Assembly: GCF_004010195.1 (NCBI RefSeq)
Contig: NC_057750.1
Span: 9,558,062-9,622,061, forward strand
Reading direction: 5' to 3'
Source of the DNA: Chiloscyllium plagiosum
Taxonomy: Eukaryota
Length of the DNA stretch: 64,000 bases
The position numbers and the translations under genes were made by a program. Positions 50,291 through 62,492 of this stretch are shown in pieces. The notes below the pieces were generated by a model that was not told the origin of the DNA, did no database searches, and was given only the letters and a program-made list of their open reading frames with translations. Each line of letters starts with the position of its first letter. Within the stretch, counting starts at the first letter, position 1.

Positions 50291-51249
50291 CACTCTGCTT
50301 CCATGCCTTCTGGTCGTAATCCTTCCACCATCTGAAGCAGAGCTGACCCTGTAACCTGCAGCAGTGAGGCCAGTTGTTGGGAATCCGCTGATTTCTGGGC
50401 CGGGAAAGGAAGGAGTGACCTCAGGAATTTGCTCGCCGTTTGTTCCAACAGCTCAGTGTCACGCTGTTAACCTCTCGTGTGCACATTCTGTGGCAGCGTC
50501 AGGAGTTTACTCCATATAGTTCACTGAGCACTCCATGTTTAAATAAACTAATTAAAAAGACACAATCACACAGGAAGCTCAGGCAAACAGACCAATTTAA
50601 CTTCAATGAGCCTGCTTAGCAACGGTTTGATATTTAACAGCCTCCATCTGGTGAGTTTCTCTGAGTGTTTTCACACGGTGAGAACCTCGTGTTCTGATCC
50701 CTGTGAGATCTTGGGCACGGTTTGCTTTTTAACAAATGGCAGTCCACACAATGTGTGAGGAACATTGTTAAAAATCAGACAACACCGGGTTTATTTGGAA
50801 GCACTAGCTTTCAGAGCGCTGCTCCTTCATCACCCGGGCTCCTCCACGTCCTGATAAACCTCGTACAGTAGATTGTGCAAACATCAAAGCATATATTGTA
50901 ACGCATTTCACACCAAGCTTTTCCTACCAAACCTCTCTCATGTTCCTGGTGAAGGGCTTTTGCCCGAAACAGCGATTTTTCCTGCTCCTCGGAAGCTGCC
51001 TGACCTGCTGCACCACTCTAATCTAGACTCGGATTTCCAGCATCTGCAGCCCTCACTTTTGTCTAGCAAGGCAGAGCTCCTCACTGCAGTCTGGACTTTT
51101 AACTCTCTTTGCTGGGCTGCTACATATCAATGCTGCACAGTTCAAACAGGACTTGCATGGCTAATTTTAGGAGTGAGGAAATAATGCGGTTCCCCCAGCA
51201 TCACAAAGTAATTGACTCCTGTTGAGTTTAGGATTCCTGCAAAGTACCA

Positions 51250-52070
51250 TGGTTTGATGGGGACAGTGTTCAGAGAGGACGTTTTTATTTAGTAGCAAAC
51301 CCATTGCTGTGTGTGTCCAGCGAGTACTTGATGGGACAGTAACAAGGGAGCTTTATTCTGCCTCTTGCTGCCCCTCTCCTCAGAGTGTTTGGTGGAGCTG
51401 GTGTCAAGGGAACCTCACTTTCTATTAAAGAACATGGGAGCTTTGTGCTGTATTTAACCCCATGCTGCCCATATTCTCCAGAGTGTTTAGTGGGGATGGT
51501 GTCCAGGGAACTTTAGGTTTACTCATAGTTCAAACACTGGGGGAGCTTTCTTCTATATTTAACCCTGTGCTCTCTGTCCTGGAAGTGATTGCTGGAGACA
51601 GTGTCAAGGGAGCTTTCCTTTCAGTTTAAAAGAGTAGAGAGAGCTTTATGTTACATTTAAAAGTGTAGAGGAAGCTAAACTCTGCATCTAACTCCTTGCC
51701 CAACCTGCCCTGGGAGTGTCTGATGGGGACAGTGTAGAGGAGCTTTACTGTACATATAACCCCAAGCTATCTCTATGCTGACAGTGTAGAGGAGGCTTTA
51801 CTTCCAGTATAAGAGAAGTGAAGGGAGCTTTATACTGTAAATAACTTAATGCTGTCTCTGTCTTGGAAGTGTTTGATGGGGACAGTGTGGATGGAGCTTC
51901 ACTTTCAGTATTAAGGAAAGTAGAGGAAGCTTTACTCTGTATATAACTCCATGTTGTCTCTGACCTGGAGGTGTTTGATGGGGACAGTGTAGAAAGAGCT
52001 TTACCTTTGGTGTAGAAGAATAGAGAGAGCTTTGGTTTGAATCTAGCCCTGGCAGTGTTTGATGTCAGCA
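51250..52070 (-). repeat. Old degenerate array of the ~69-bp satellite
   Basis: gtgtttgatggggacagtgtagag...gagctttac variants. Confidence 0.8.
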
Positions 52071-52926
52071 GGGTGACTATGCCAGGCACCCAATGGCAGG
52101 TTGGCATTATGTGGTCACATGGTGAAACCCCAAGAATCCCAAGGATTGGAATTGAATTGATATTGCACTGGAATGGATTGGTTGTATAGTGACCATCGCT
52201 AAATCCCTTGCCAAGAAAAGTCCTTCTCAACCTGAACCCTTTCATCAGTAGAGCCCTACAAAAGATGAAGACCCATGATAGGACCCCATTTCCAAAACCC
52301 ATTAGTCTACCACCTTCAAAGAAAGAGTCCCGCTATTGATGCAGCAGGTCAGGCAGCATCTAGGGAACAGGAGAATCGACGTTTCGGGCATTAGCCCTTC
52401 TGTATAGTGACAGTGGTCCATCGCTAAATCCCTTGCCAAGAAAAGTCCTTCTCAACCAGAACCCTTTCATCAGTAGAGCCCTACAAAAGATGAAGACCCA
52501 TGGTAGGACCCCATTTCCAAAACCCATTAGTCTACCACCTTCAAAGAAAGAGTCCCGCTATTGATATGGCAGTATGGAAAATACATTTCTTCATATCCCC
52601 ACTAGCCCTGGATGTGCGCAGCTCCAACTACACTCAAGAAGCTCAACACCATTCAGGACCAAGCTGCCCATTTGATTGGCCCCACATCCACAAGCATCCC
52701 CTCCCTCCACTCAGTAACAGCAGGGTGTACCATCTACAAGAAGCACTGCAGCAATTTCCCAAAGATCCTCAGACAGCACCTTCCAAACACCATAAACATT
52801 TCCATCTCGCAGGACAAGGGCAGCAGATACATGGGAACACTACCCCCTGCAGGTTCCCCTTTAAACCGCTCTTGGAAATCCATAGCCGTTCCTTCAGTGT
52901 CAGTGGGTCGAAATCGCTGCATTAAT

Positions 52927-53243
52927 GGGGCGGCACGGTGGTTCAGTGGTTAGCACTGCTGCCTTACAGTGCCAGGGTCCCAGGTCCGATTCCAGCCTCG
53001 GGCGACTGTCTGTGTGGAGTTTGCACATTCTCCCCGTGCCTGCGTGGGTTTCCTCCGGGTGCTCTGGTTTCCTCCCACAGTCACAAAGATGTGCAGGTTC
53101 GGTGAATTGGCCATGCTAAATTGCCCGTAGTGTTAGGTGCATTAGTCAGAGGGAAATGGGTCTGGGTGGGTTACTCTGCGGAGGGTCAGTGTGGACTTGT
53201 TGGGCCGAAGGGCCCGTTTCCACACTGTAGGGAATCTAATCTT
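52927..53243 (+). mobile_element. Full-length HE1 SINE inserted in a CR1/L2-clade LINE tail (~52590-53385)
   Basis: Complete head to tail; the LINE tail resumes afterwards. Confidence 0.9.
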
Positions 53244-54055
53244 ATAGTGTTGTGATTCAACCCCACAGCAGGTGGACAGCCCTCGTTCAAAAAGGCAGCT
53301 CAGCAGCAACCTTCTCAAGGGGGCAATTAGGGATGGGCAGTAAATGCTGTGCCCAGCCAGCGACCCCCGCATTCCACAGATGAATCAAATAAGCAAGGTG
53401 GGACTCTGTAGGCCAGACAGTGGTTTGTAATTCCATCATTCCACTCCCTCACCTTAACTGAACCCACCCCACGTGACTCGCAAACCAATCCTGCGTCTTC
53501 CAGTATTCCCACCAATGAGAAGGTGGGGGGGAAGGGGCGGTCTCACAGTCAGTTTATTGTCTGTGTTGCAAGATGTGACCTTGATTGTAAAATGGGTGAA
53601 TGATTATGCCCTGAGACCATCCCAGCTGTTGACAGATTCATAAAGCCTACGCCTTAATAGCCTGAATGTAACTGTTAGGTCTTTCCTAAAGTAAGGCTGA
53701 CAGCCATGGGAATTAGATCTGTTTGGATTATACATAATTCATTGCAGGTTGTTTTTCTGGTCTCAAGACATTTACCAAAGAGTATTTTATCAAAGTCATT
53801 AAGAGATTAGTCTGGACCTGACATGAACTAGGTCTTAAAGGTGCAGGGTTTTAACAACATTCCAGGCTTAACAGCATGCTCACAGGATAGGAGGAGGCCA
53901 TTCATTCCACCATGTGTGTACTAGCTCCCTGTAAGAGGAACTCAACAAGTTCTGCTCGCACCACAGTCCCCTCTGCTTTCCTCGTGTCCTCAACTGCTTA
54001 TCTGATGGAGGTCTTCCAACACAGTGGGTAGTGTCCCTGCCTCAGAGTCAGAAGC

Positions 54056-54275
54056 GGAGAAAGTGAGGACTGCAGATGCTGGAGATCAGAGCTGAAAATG
54101 GGTTGCTGGAAAAGCGCAGCAGGTCAGGCAGCATCCAAGGAACAAGAGAATCAACGTTTCGGGCATAAGCCCTTCTTCATTCCTGAAGAAGTGCTCATGC
54201 CCGAAACGTCGATTCTCCTGTTCCCTGGATGCTGCCTGACCTGCTGCGCTTTTCCAGCAACACATTTTCAGCTCT
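54056..54275. mobile_element. Penelope-derived fold-back insertion
   Basis: ~90-bp inverted arms around TTCC loop (54180-54183); 11-bp TSD GAGTCAGAAGC (54045-54055, 54276-54286); hammerhead core at 54183-54210. Confidence 0.88.
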
Positions 54276-54384
54276 GAGTCAGAAGCTTCAGGTTTGAGTC
54301 TCACTGGATGGTCGAGAAGCCTGTTTCATGTGCATAACCAAACGCTCGACTGTGCGTCTGGTTTTTTTATTCATTCACGGGCTG

Positions 54385-54808
54385 ATGGTGGCACAGTGGT
54401 TAGCACTGCTGCCTCCCAGCACCAGAGACCCGGGTTCAATTCCCGCCTCAGGCGACTCTCTGTGTGGAGTTTGCACATTATCCCTGTGTTTGCTTGGGTT
54501 TTCTCTGGGTGCTCCGGTTTCCTCCCACAGTCCAAAGATGTGCAGGTCAGGCGGATTGGCCATGCGACATTACTCATAGTGTTCAGGGATGTACAGGTTA
54601 GGGTGAATTGGCCATGCTGAATTACCCATAGTGCCCAGGGATGTGCAGGTTAGGGTGGATTGGCCATGCTGAACTACCCATAGTGCCCGAGGATGTGAAG
54701 GTCAGGTGGATTAGCCATGAGGGAATGCAGGGTTATCGGGTGGGGATAGGATGCTCTTGAGTAGACTTGATGGGATGAATGGCCTGCTTCTATCTGTTGG
54801 GATTCTAT
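54385..54808 (+). mobile_element. HE1 SINE with internal tandem repeats
   Basis: Head, V-domain and repeated ~52-bp unit. Confidence 0.85.
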
Positions 54809-55794
54809 GTTGCTGGCTGGGCCAGCATTTTATTGCCCTGTCCCTAATTGCCCAGAGGGCAGTTGAGTCACTGGGTCTGGAGTCGCATGTAGGCCAGACC
54901 AAGTAAGGAGGGCAGTTTCCTTCCCTAAAGGGCATTAGTGAACGAGATGGTTTTTCTAACAATTGAGAATGATATCATGGTTCACTCTTAATTCCAGATT
55001 TTTTTTTAACCCGAGTCCTTCTGGTAGGTTTACGACAGCTGGTAAGGAATGGCCGTACTTACACTGGATGAGCAGTTACTCCAGTTATAGGATAACAACA
55101 AGCTCCAGGGAGAAATAAAGAGCTCGCTATGGACAAGTATGTGCTTTGTCCACCTCGTCTAACGTCTTTCCTTCACAAAGCCTGAGTTGACCTGTCTCTG
55201 CCAGCCCTTTCCGACTGCATGCTGCCTGTTAACGGCTCTCCCAATGGCACCTGTCACTGTCAGTCACCATTCACTGGTCCCTGCCCTCTTGGCCAATGGG
55301 AAGTGTTTGAACCCTGACCCCGTGGATGCCCTGTTGGTTACCAACCCTCTCTTCTCTTGATCCTACCTTGTGTAAGAAGATCAATGCCAGTCTCGCAGCG
55401 ATGGCCAGCACTGAGCCCGGGCACCGTCACCCAAATTGAAAACCGCTTTTGGCGTCGAAAGAGGCCATTCAGTCCATTGTCTCTGCGCCAACTCTCCAAT
55501 TGCCATTCCCTCGCTTTTTCCCTATATCCCCACGCATTCTTCCTTTTGCATGATTGATCGTGGGTAATAAAATATGATTTGCAGGAAAACGGTCTTTTCC
55601 TTTGTAGGACACACTACCTGTAATTTTGGGTCTACTGGTTTAGAGGTGCGGGCGCTGCCAGTAGATGAATTGAGGTCAAACCTGTACCAAACATGGGATT
55701 AGGCTCATCTGCAATTGGTGTTTAATTCCTGGTGTCAGGAAGGAGAGAGATACACTGGAGAGGTGGAAGTTAGATTTAGAATGGAATAGTGATC

Positions 55795-56243
55795 ATGTGT
55801 TTGATGGGGACAGTGTAGAGGTAGCTTTACTTTCAGTTTAATGGAGTCCAGGGAGCTTTATTCTGTATCGAAACTGTGCAGAACCTTCCTGGAAGTGTAG
55901 GGGGGTGCTTTACTCTGTATCTAACCTCGTGCTGTCCCTGTCCTGAGAGTATTTGATAGGAACAGTGTAGAGGGAGCTTTACTCTGTATCTACCCCTGTT
56001 CTGTATCTATCAACAAGTGTATGATAGGAACAGTGTACAGGAGGCTTTACGCTGTATCCAACACCATGCAGAATCTGTCCTGGAAACACTTGATGGGGAC
56101 AGAGGGAGCTTTACTCTGTATCTGACTTCATTGTATCCCTGTACTAGGAACGTTAGTTGGGAACAGTATAGGGGGGAGCTTCACTCTGTCTCTGACCCCA
56201 TGCTTTCCCTGTCTTGGGAGAGTTTGATGGGGAACAGTGTAGA
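55795..56243 (-). repeat. Degenerate ~69-bp satellite array
   Basis: Same unit, diverged. Confidence 0.85.
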
Positions 56244-56326
56244 CCAGAAGACATAGCAGCAGAAATTCAGCCATTCAGCCCATCGAGTCTGCTCCGCCAT
56301 TCACTCATGGCTGATAGGTTTCTCAA

Positions 56327-56554
56327 GGTCTAGATCAGAGTGGTGCTGGAAAAGCACAGCAGATCAGGCAGCATCCGAGGAGCAGGAAAATCGACGTTTC
56401 GGGCAAAAGCCCTTCATTCATTCCTGATGAAGGGCTTTTGCCCGAAACGTCAATCTTCCTGCTCCTCGGATGCTGCCTGACCTATAGTGATTTTCCAGCA
56501 CCACTCTGATCTGGACTCTGATTTCCAGTATCTGTAGTCCTCACTTTTGCCTAC
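56327..56554. mobile_element. Penelope-derived fold-back insertion inside CR1
   Basis: Inverted arms; 16-bp TSD CTGATA(G/T)GTTTCTCAA (56311-56326, 56555-56570). Confidence 0.88.
56420..56455 (+). ncRNA. Minimal type I hammerhead ribozyme motif
   Basis: CTGATGA-a-GGGC-tttt-GCCC-GAAAC-GTC (56424-56451). Confidence 0.6.
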
Positions 56555-57419
56555 CTGATATGTTTCTCAACCTTATTCTCCTGCTTTCTCCCTATAACCC
56601 TTGATCCTCTGGGTACTCAAGAACCTATCTATTTCAGTCTTAAATATACCCAATGACCTGGTCCCCACAGCCTTCTGTGGCAACGAATTCCATATATTCC
56701 CCACCCTCTGGCTGAAGAAATTCCTCATTATCCCCGTTCTAAAAATGCTTCCCTTTACTCTAAGGCTGTGCCCTCGGGTTCTAGTCTCTCCGACTAATGG
56801 GAACATCTTCCCAACATCCACTCTGACCAGGCCACTCAGTATTCTGTATGTTTCAATCAGATATCCCCCCTCGTCCTTCTAAACTCCATAAACTATAAAC
56901 CCAGAGTCCCCAAATGTTCCTCATACGTTAAGCTTTTCATTCCTGGGATTGTTCTTATGAGCCTCCTCTGGACCCGCTCCAGGGCCAGTCCATCCTTCTT
57001 GAGATATGGAATGCCAGCGTGATAATCCCACTGAAAGCCTGATGGAAACAATGAGCTGCTTCTTGCTGTGGTTTCCAACATGTCAGAGGTCACCGAATGC
57101 ACAAAAATGTAGGGAGGACATCTCGGAACTGATAATGTACATGTTGCAGAGCAACCGAAGGCCCTGTAACTGCTGTGAAATCTCCAGGGTAATTATTTTG
57201 TGCAACAGCTGATTGCGTGGAACCAGAATTCTGATAATAAAACACCACGTGATGAAAGGGCTCAGACAGAATAATGTCATCGTGCTCTCTCATTCCTGTT
57301 ATCCAACGTCCCTCTGAATCAATCCTCCACAGTACTGCCCTGTGGAACGGGTGCCAATCACCAGAGTGAACGTTGCTCTCAGATGGGGTTTCTCACACAA
57401 AGCAGGTTCACTGTTTACC

Positions 57420-58680
57420 AGGACAGGTCAGCTACAAAGTAAAGCTCCCTCTACACTGTCCCCCATCAAACACTCCCAGGACAGGGACAGCACAGGGTTA
57501 GATACAAAGTAAAGCTCCCTCTACACTGTCCCCCATCAAACACTCCCAGGACAGAGACAGCAAAGGGTTAGATACAGAGTAGAGTCATAGAGTCATAGAG
57601 ATGTACAGCATGGAAACAGACCCTTCGGTCCAACCCGTCCATGCCGACCAGATATCCCAACCCAATCTAGTCCCACCTGCCAGCACCCGGCCCATATCCC
57701 TCCAAACCCTTCCTATTCATATACCCATCCAAATACCTCTTAAATGTTGCAATTGTACCAGCCTCCACCACATCCTCTGGCAGCTCATTCCATACACGTA
57801 CCACCCTCTGCGTGAAAATGTTGCCCCTTAGGTCTCTTTTATATCTTTCTCCTCTCTCACCTTAATCCTATGTCCTCTAGTTCTGGACTCCCCCACCCCA
57901 GGGGAAAGACTTTGTCTATTTAACCAATCTATCCCCCTCATAATTTTGTAAACCTCTATGAGGTCACCTCTCAGCCTCCGACGCTCCAGGGAAAACAGCC
58001 CCAGCCTGTTCAGCNNNNNNNNNNNNNNNNNNNNNNNNNNNNNNNNNNNNNNNNNNNNNNNNNNNNNNNNNNNNNNNNNNNNNNNNNNNNNNNNNNNNNN
58101 NNNNNNNNNNNNNNNNNNNNNNNNNNNNNNNNNNNNNNNNNNNNNNNNNNNNNNNNNNNNNNNNNNNNNNNNNNNCAATGTCCTGTACAGCCGCAACATG
58201 ACCTCCCAACTCCTGTACTCAATACTCTGACCAATAAAGGAAAGCATACCAAACACCTTCTTCACTATCCTATCTACCTATGACTCCACTTTCAAGGAGC
58301 TATGAACCTGCACTCCAGGGTCTCTTTGTTCAGCAACACTCCCTAGGACCTTACCATTAAGTGGATAAGTCCTGCTAAGATTTGCTTTCCCAAAGCTCTC
58401 TCTACACTGTCCCCCATCAAACACTCCCAGGATAGGGACAGCACAGGGTTAGATACAGAGTAAAGCTCACTCTACACTGTCCCCCATCAAACACTCCCAG
58501 GACAGGGACAGCACAGGGTTAGATACAGAGTAAAGCTCACTCTACACTGTCCCCCATCAAACACTTCCAGGACAGGGACAGCACAGGGTTAGACACAGAA
58601 AAAGTTGTTTTAAACTGAAAGTAAAGCTCTCTCTACACTATCCTCAACTAACTCTCCCAGGACAGGGACACCATGGGATT
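57420..58680 (+). repeat. ~69-bp satellite array split by a CR1 insertion
   Basis: Units at ~57420-57581 and ~58392-58680; the unit breaks at agagta^aagctc. Confidence 0.9.
57582..58392 (-). mobile_element. CR1/HER1 LINE 3' ~810 bp (contains gap 58015-58175)
   Basis: KKVFGMLSFIGQSIEYRSWEVMLRLYRTL...RRRLRGDLIEVYKIMRG; tail adjacent to the satellite. Confidence 0.93.
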
Positions 58681-60219
58681 AATCGGTACATCTGGGGGAT
58701 AGATAAAGAGTATTAGCTGTATATTGGATTCACTCGACTGTATTTCTCCCTCCAAACAGTCACCCGGTTTGTAAATGCAAAGGGAAAATGATGTTATCAG
58801 TCGAAATCGGAAAAGTTGACAACTTTGTTGCATTTACACCACATGGTAATTCTGCCGCCTACATTGTCCAGGAATTGAAATGTCACTCTTTCAAGGGAAT
58901 CTACATCGCTTAGTTCACATTTGGAGACACGAAGCAAGATTTCCTGTATGCAAGTTGCTAATCACTCTCACCAATCTGCTGTGGTTATAGAGTTATACAG
59001 CACAGAAGCAGACCCTTCGGTCCAACTCGTCCAAGCCGACCAAATATCCGAACCTAATTTCATCCCATTTGCCAGCACTTGGCACATATCACTCTAAACC
59101 CTTCCTATTCGTGTACCCATCCAGATGTCTTTTAAATGTTGTAACTGCCACTACGTCTACCACTTCCTCTGGCACCACCCTCTACATGAAAACGTTGCCC
59201 CTTCAATGTCTTTTAAATCTTTCCCCTCTCGCCTTAAACCTACACCCTCTAGTTTTGGACTCCCCTACCCTGGGGGAGAAGACCTCGGCTATTAACACTG
59301 TGCATGCCCCTCAAGTCAAGCTAATTCAGCCATGCTAAATTGCCCTGTCATTACCATGGATGTCTGGGTTAGCCGTGGGAAATGCAAGGTTACAGGGGTA
59401 GGGTAGGAGGGTGGACCTGAGTGGCATGCTCTTGGGAGGGTCAGTGTGGACTGGATGGGCTGAATGGCCTGATTCATGGCTATCTTAATACCAGATTTTT
59501 CCTGAATTCATATTCCACCATCTGTCGTGGTGGGATTCGAACCCAGAACATTCCCTGGGTCTCTGGATTAACAGTCCAGCGATAACACCACTAGGCCATT
59601 GCCTCCCCCACAGCGAGCTCCTCCAGACAGGGATTCTATGATTCAGAACTTATGAATGGTCAACGTGACTTATTACCCATCTCTGGTAACTTGGTAGAAC
59701 TTGAACCCTGGTTGCCTTGTGACTCAGAGGTGGGGACACTACCACTGCACAACAGAAACTGCAATGTTGCGTTCTCTGATATAACACGTTTCAGTAAAGG
59801 TAGCTGTGAAACTCTCAGTTTGAAACCCATCTGGTTCACTAGTGCCCCTTTCGGGAACAAAACTGCCATCTTTACCCAGTCTGGCCTACATGTGACTCCA
59901 GACCCGCAGCGATGTGGTTGACTCTCAACTGCTTTCTGGGCAATTAGGGATGGGCAATAAATGCTGGGCCCAGCCAGAGACTGCTCTCTGAAATGGCTGG
60001 GCAAGGCCGTCAGTTCATGGGTAATTAGGGACGGCCAAGCCAACGATGCCCACATCATTGGAAGAACGGAAAAACAATGACGTGCCCTCTCTCTTGGCGC
60101 CAAAGGATCCCATAGAAGTATTTTGCAGAAAAGCAATAACCCTATATTTGTCCCTCAACTTGAAAATGGAAATCCGATCCCACCGACATTGCCTCCCCCA
60201 CAGCGAGCTCCTCCAGACA

Positions 60220-60550
60220 GCAATGGCCTAGTGGTGTTATCGCTGGACTGTTAATCCAGAGACCCAGGGAATGTTCTGGGTTCGAATCCCACCATGGCAG
60301 ATGGTGGAATATGAATTCAGGAAAAATCTGGTATTAAGATAGCCATGATTAACCAGGAATCCATTGTTGGGAAAACCCATCTGGTTCACTAATGCCCCTT
60401 TCGGGAAGGAAACTGTCATCTTTACCCAATCTGGCCTACATGTGACTCCAGACTCACTGCAATGTGGTTGACTCTCAACTGCCCTCTGGGCAATTAGGGA
60501 TGGGCAATAAATACTGACCGAGGTGGTAACATCCATATCGCGTGAATGAA
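60220..60550 (+). mobile_element. Deu-type tRNA-derived SINE (SacSINE1-like)
   Basis: A box tggcctagtgg, B box ggttcgaatccc, body aaaacccatctggttcactaatgccc, and a tail shared with the CR1/L2-clade LINE; relatives at ~37935-38250 (-), ~45000-45350 and ~54810-55000 (-). Confidence 0.75.
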
Positions 60551-60849
60551 TTGCCCAAAACTGTGAGCAAATTGATCGCTGTGTTTCTGATGTTTCTTCC
60601 CTTCTGTTCCCCATCCCACAGATATGGCAAGGAAACAAGCTCCCAGATCCAGTCTTGCTGGAATGGGAATCAGGCCCCCATGTTGTTGGCACCACGCTGA
60701 TCCAGGCCCACTCAAACAGGCTGCCTCAGGGCCCGGGTTGCCACAGCAACATACACCTCTCCACAAATATGCCGTGGTCCAAAACTACGGCTGGGAATGT
60801 CAGAGATTCCAATTTCCTCGCTGTCACGGGAACATCTACCAGTCTTGAT

Positions 60850-61135
60850 TAGATGACCTACAGCATGGAAACAGGCCCTTCGGCCCAAGTCCACACTGAC
60901 CCTCCAAAGGGTAGCCCACTCAGACTCATTCCCTTACCTTACCCCTGACTAATGCACCTAACACTATGGGCAATGTAGCGTGGCCAATTCACCCTAACCT
61001 GCACCTCTTTGGACTGAAAGAAACCCACGCAAACACTGGGAGAACATGCAAACTCCATACAGTCACCTGTGGCGAGAACTGAACCTGGGTCCCTGGCGCT
61101 GTGAGGCAACAGTGCTAACCACTGAGCCACTATGT
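60850..61135 (-). mobile_element. HE1-type SINE
   Basis: Reverse-complement head, V-domain and tail. Confidence 0.85.
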
Positions 61136-62492
61136 CACTTCCTGTTGGCAAGGTGTTGGGAAAACCTTCAAATTAGTTTGGCCACAATATGAGGCGGAGG
61201 TGCTGGTGTTGGACCGGGAGCGAGAGTGGACAAAGTCAGACGTCACACACGACGTCAGGTTATAGTCTGTCAGCGTCTATTTGAGATTGCAAACTTGAGG
61301 AGTGCTGCCTCTTCATCAGGTGACTTCCAACTCTGACCACGTTATGGAAGGGTATTCCTGGTCATGCAGCCCTGGGGTGGGACTTGAACCAAGAGGGTCT
61401 ACCTCAGAGACAGGGACCCTACACCTTTGCTTGCCTCTTGGACCTGCATTTCGAGAGCAGTTTGTTTTTGTGGAAAGGCACTACAGGAAGGCAAGACTTT
61501 GCTGAAAAAACTTTTCGAAACTAGCAGTGCAGGCTTGAGGCCTACTCATCTTCCTCTGTGTGTGTGTGTGTGTGTTTGTTCCAATGCTGTTGCGCTTCAC
61601 TTCAAAGGAAGACCTTAAGGTCCAGAAAATATCTCAGCCACAATCCCGGATTATGGATCTTTGCATGAATCCACTCGGCGCCCGCCTGATGGCCAACATA
61701 TTTTCGGAAAAAAAAACCTGGCGTATTGTGCTGTGCAAGGTATAATGTTGCCTTTTTTGTTAAGAGCACGTAGAGACTGGTTCACAGTGTGGGCAATGCT
61801 TCGAGGTATTAAAATATAACATCTCCCCGTGCCAAGTTGTGGGAGTTATTACATACAGCGTGTAGAGATCGTGTCAGCAGAGAAAACAGCCCAGGCAGGT
61901 TACAACACACTTTCACAGTTTGGGAAAATGGAACTGAACTGTGGGTCGGTGGGGAGCAATTTGACCTCTAGGTCAGGCGACTCCATGCCCAGGGAGATGT
62001 TAGTGAACAAATCTAGGCAGTGCCGCACTGTCTGAAGTGGCTGGTAAATTAAACATAGGAACTAGAGTAGGCCATTCGGCCCCTCAAGTCTCTAGATTAT
62101 TCGCCTCGGTATATCCTACTGTCCCTTCAGAACTGTAGGCCTTACTCAAAATGAAGACAGAGAAAACAGAAACTCTCTTCTTTCTGTTAAATCTTTCCTC
62201 CTTGGGTAGTCAGTACGGTTTGGTATCCATGACTGCCCGGTGACACACCAGAAACCAACTCCTGCTGAGCGGGCGGGTAAGTGGAGCTGAGTCCATGAGA
62301 AAGATCAGCCATGATCTTATCGAATGGTGGAGCAGGCTCGAGGGGATTTTGCCCGAAAGGTCGCTTCCCCTGCTCCTCGGATGCTGCCTGACTTGCTGTG
62401 TTTTTCCAGCAGCAGTCAAATCTCAACAGCCTCCTCCTGCTCCTATTCCTCATGTCCCTCCAGGAGAGAGGAAGTGAGGAATCGAGGGCTGG

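Larger units (their letters stand above)
56244..57005 (-). mobile_element. CR1 LINE 3' end (third subfamily)
   Basis: PYLKKDGLALERVQRRLIRTIPGMKSLTYEEHLGTLGL...MFPLVGETRTRGHSLRVKG..FRT..MRNFFSQRV. Confidence 0.9.
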
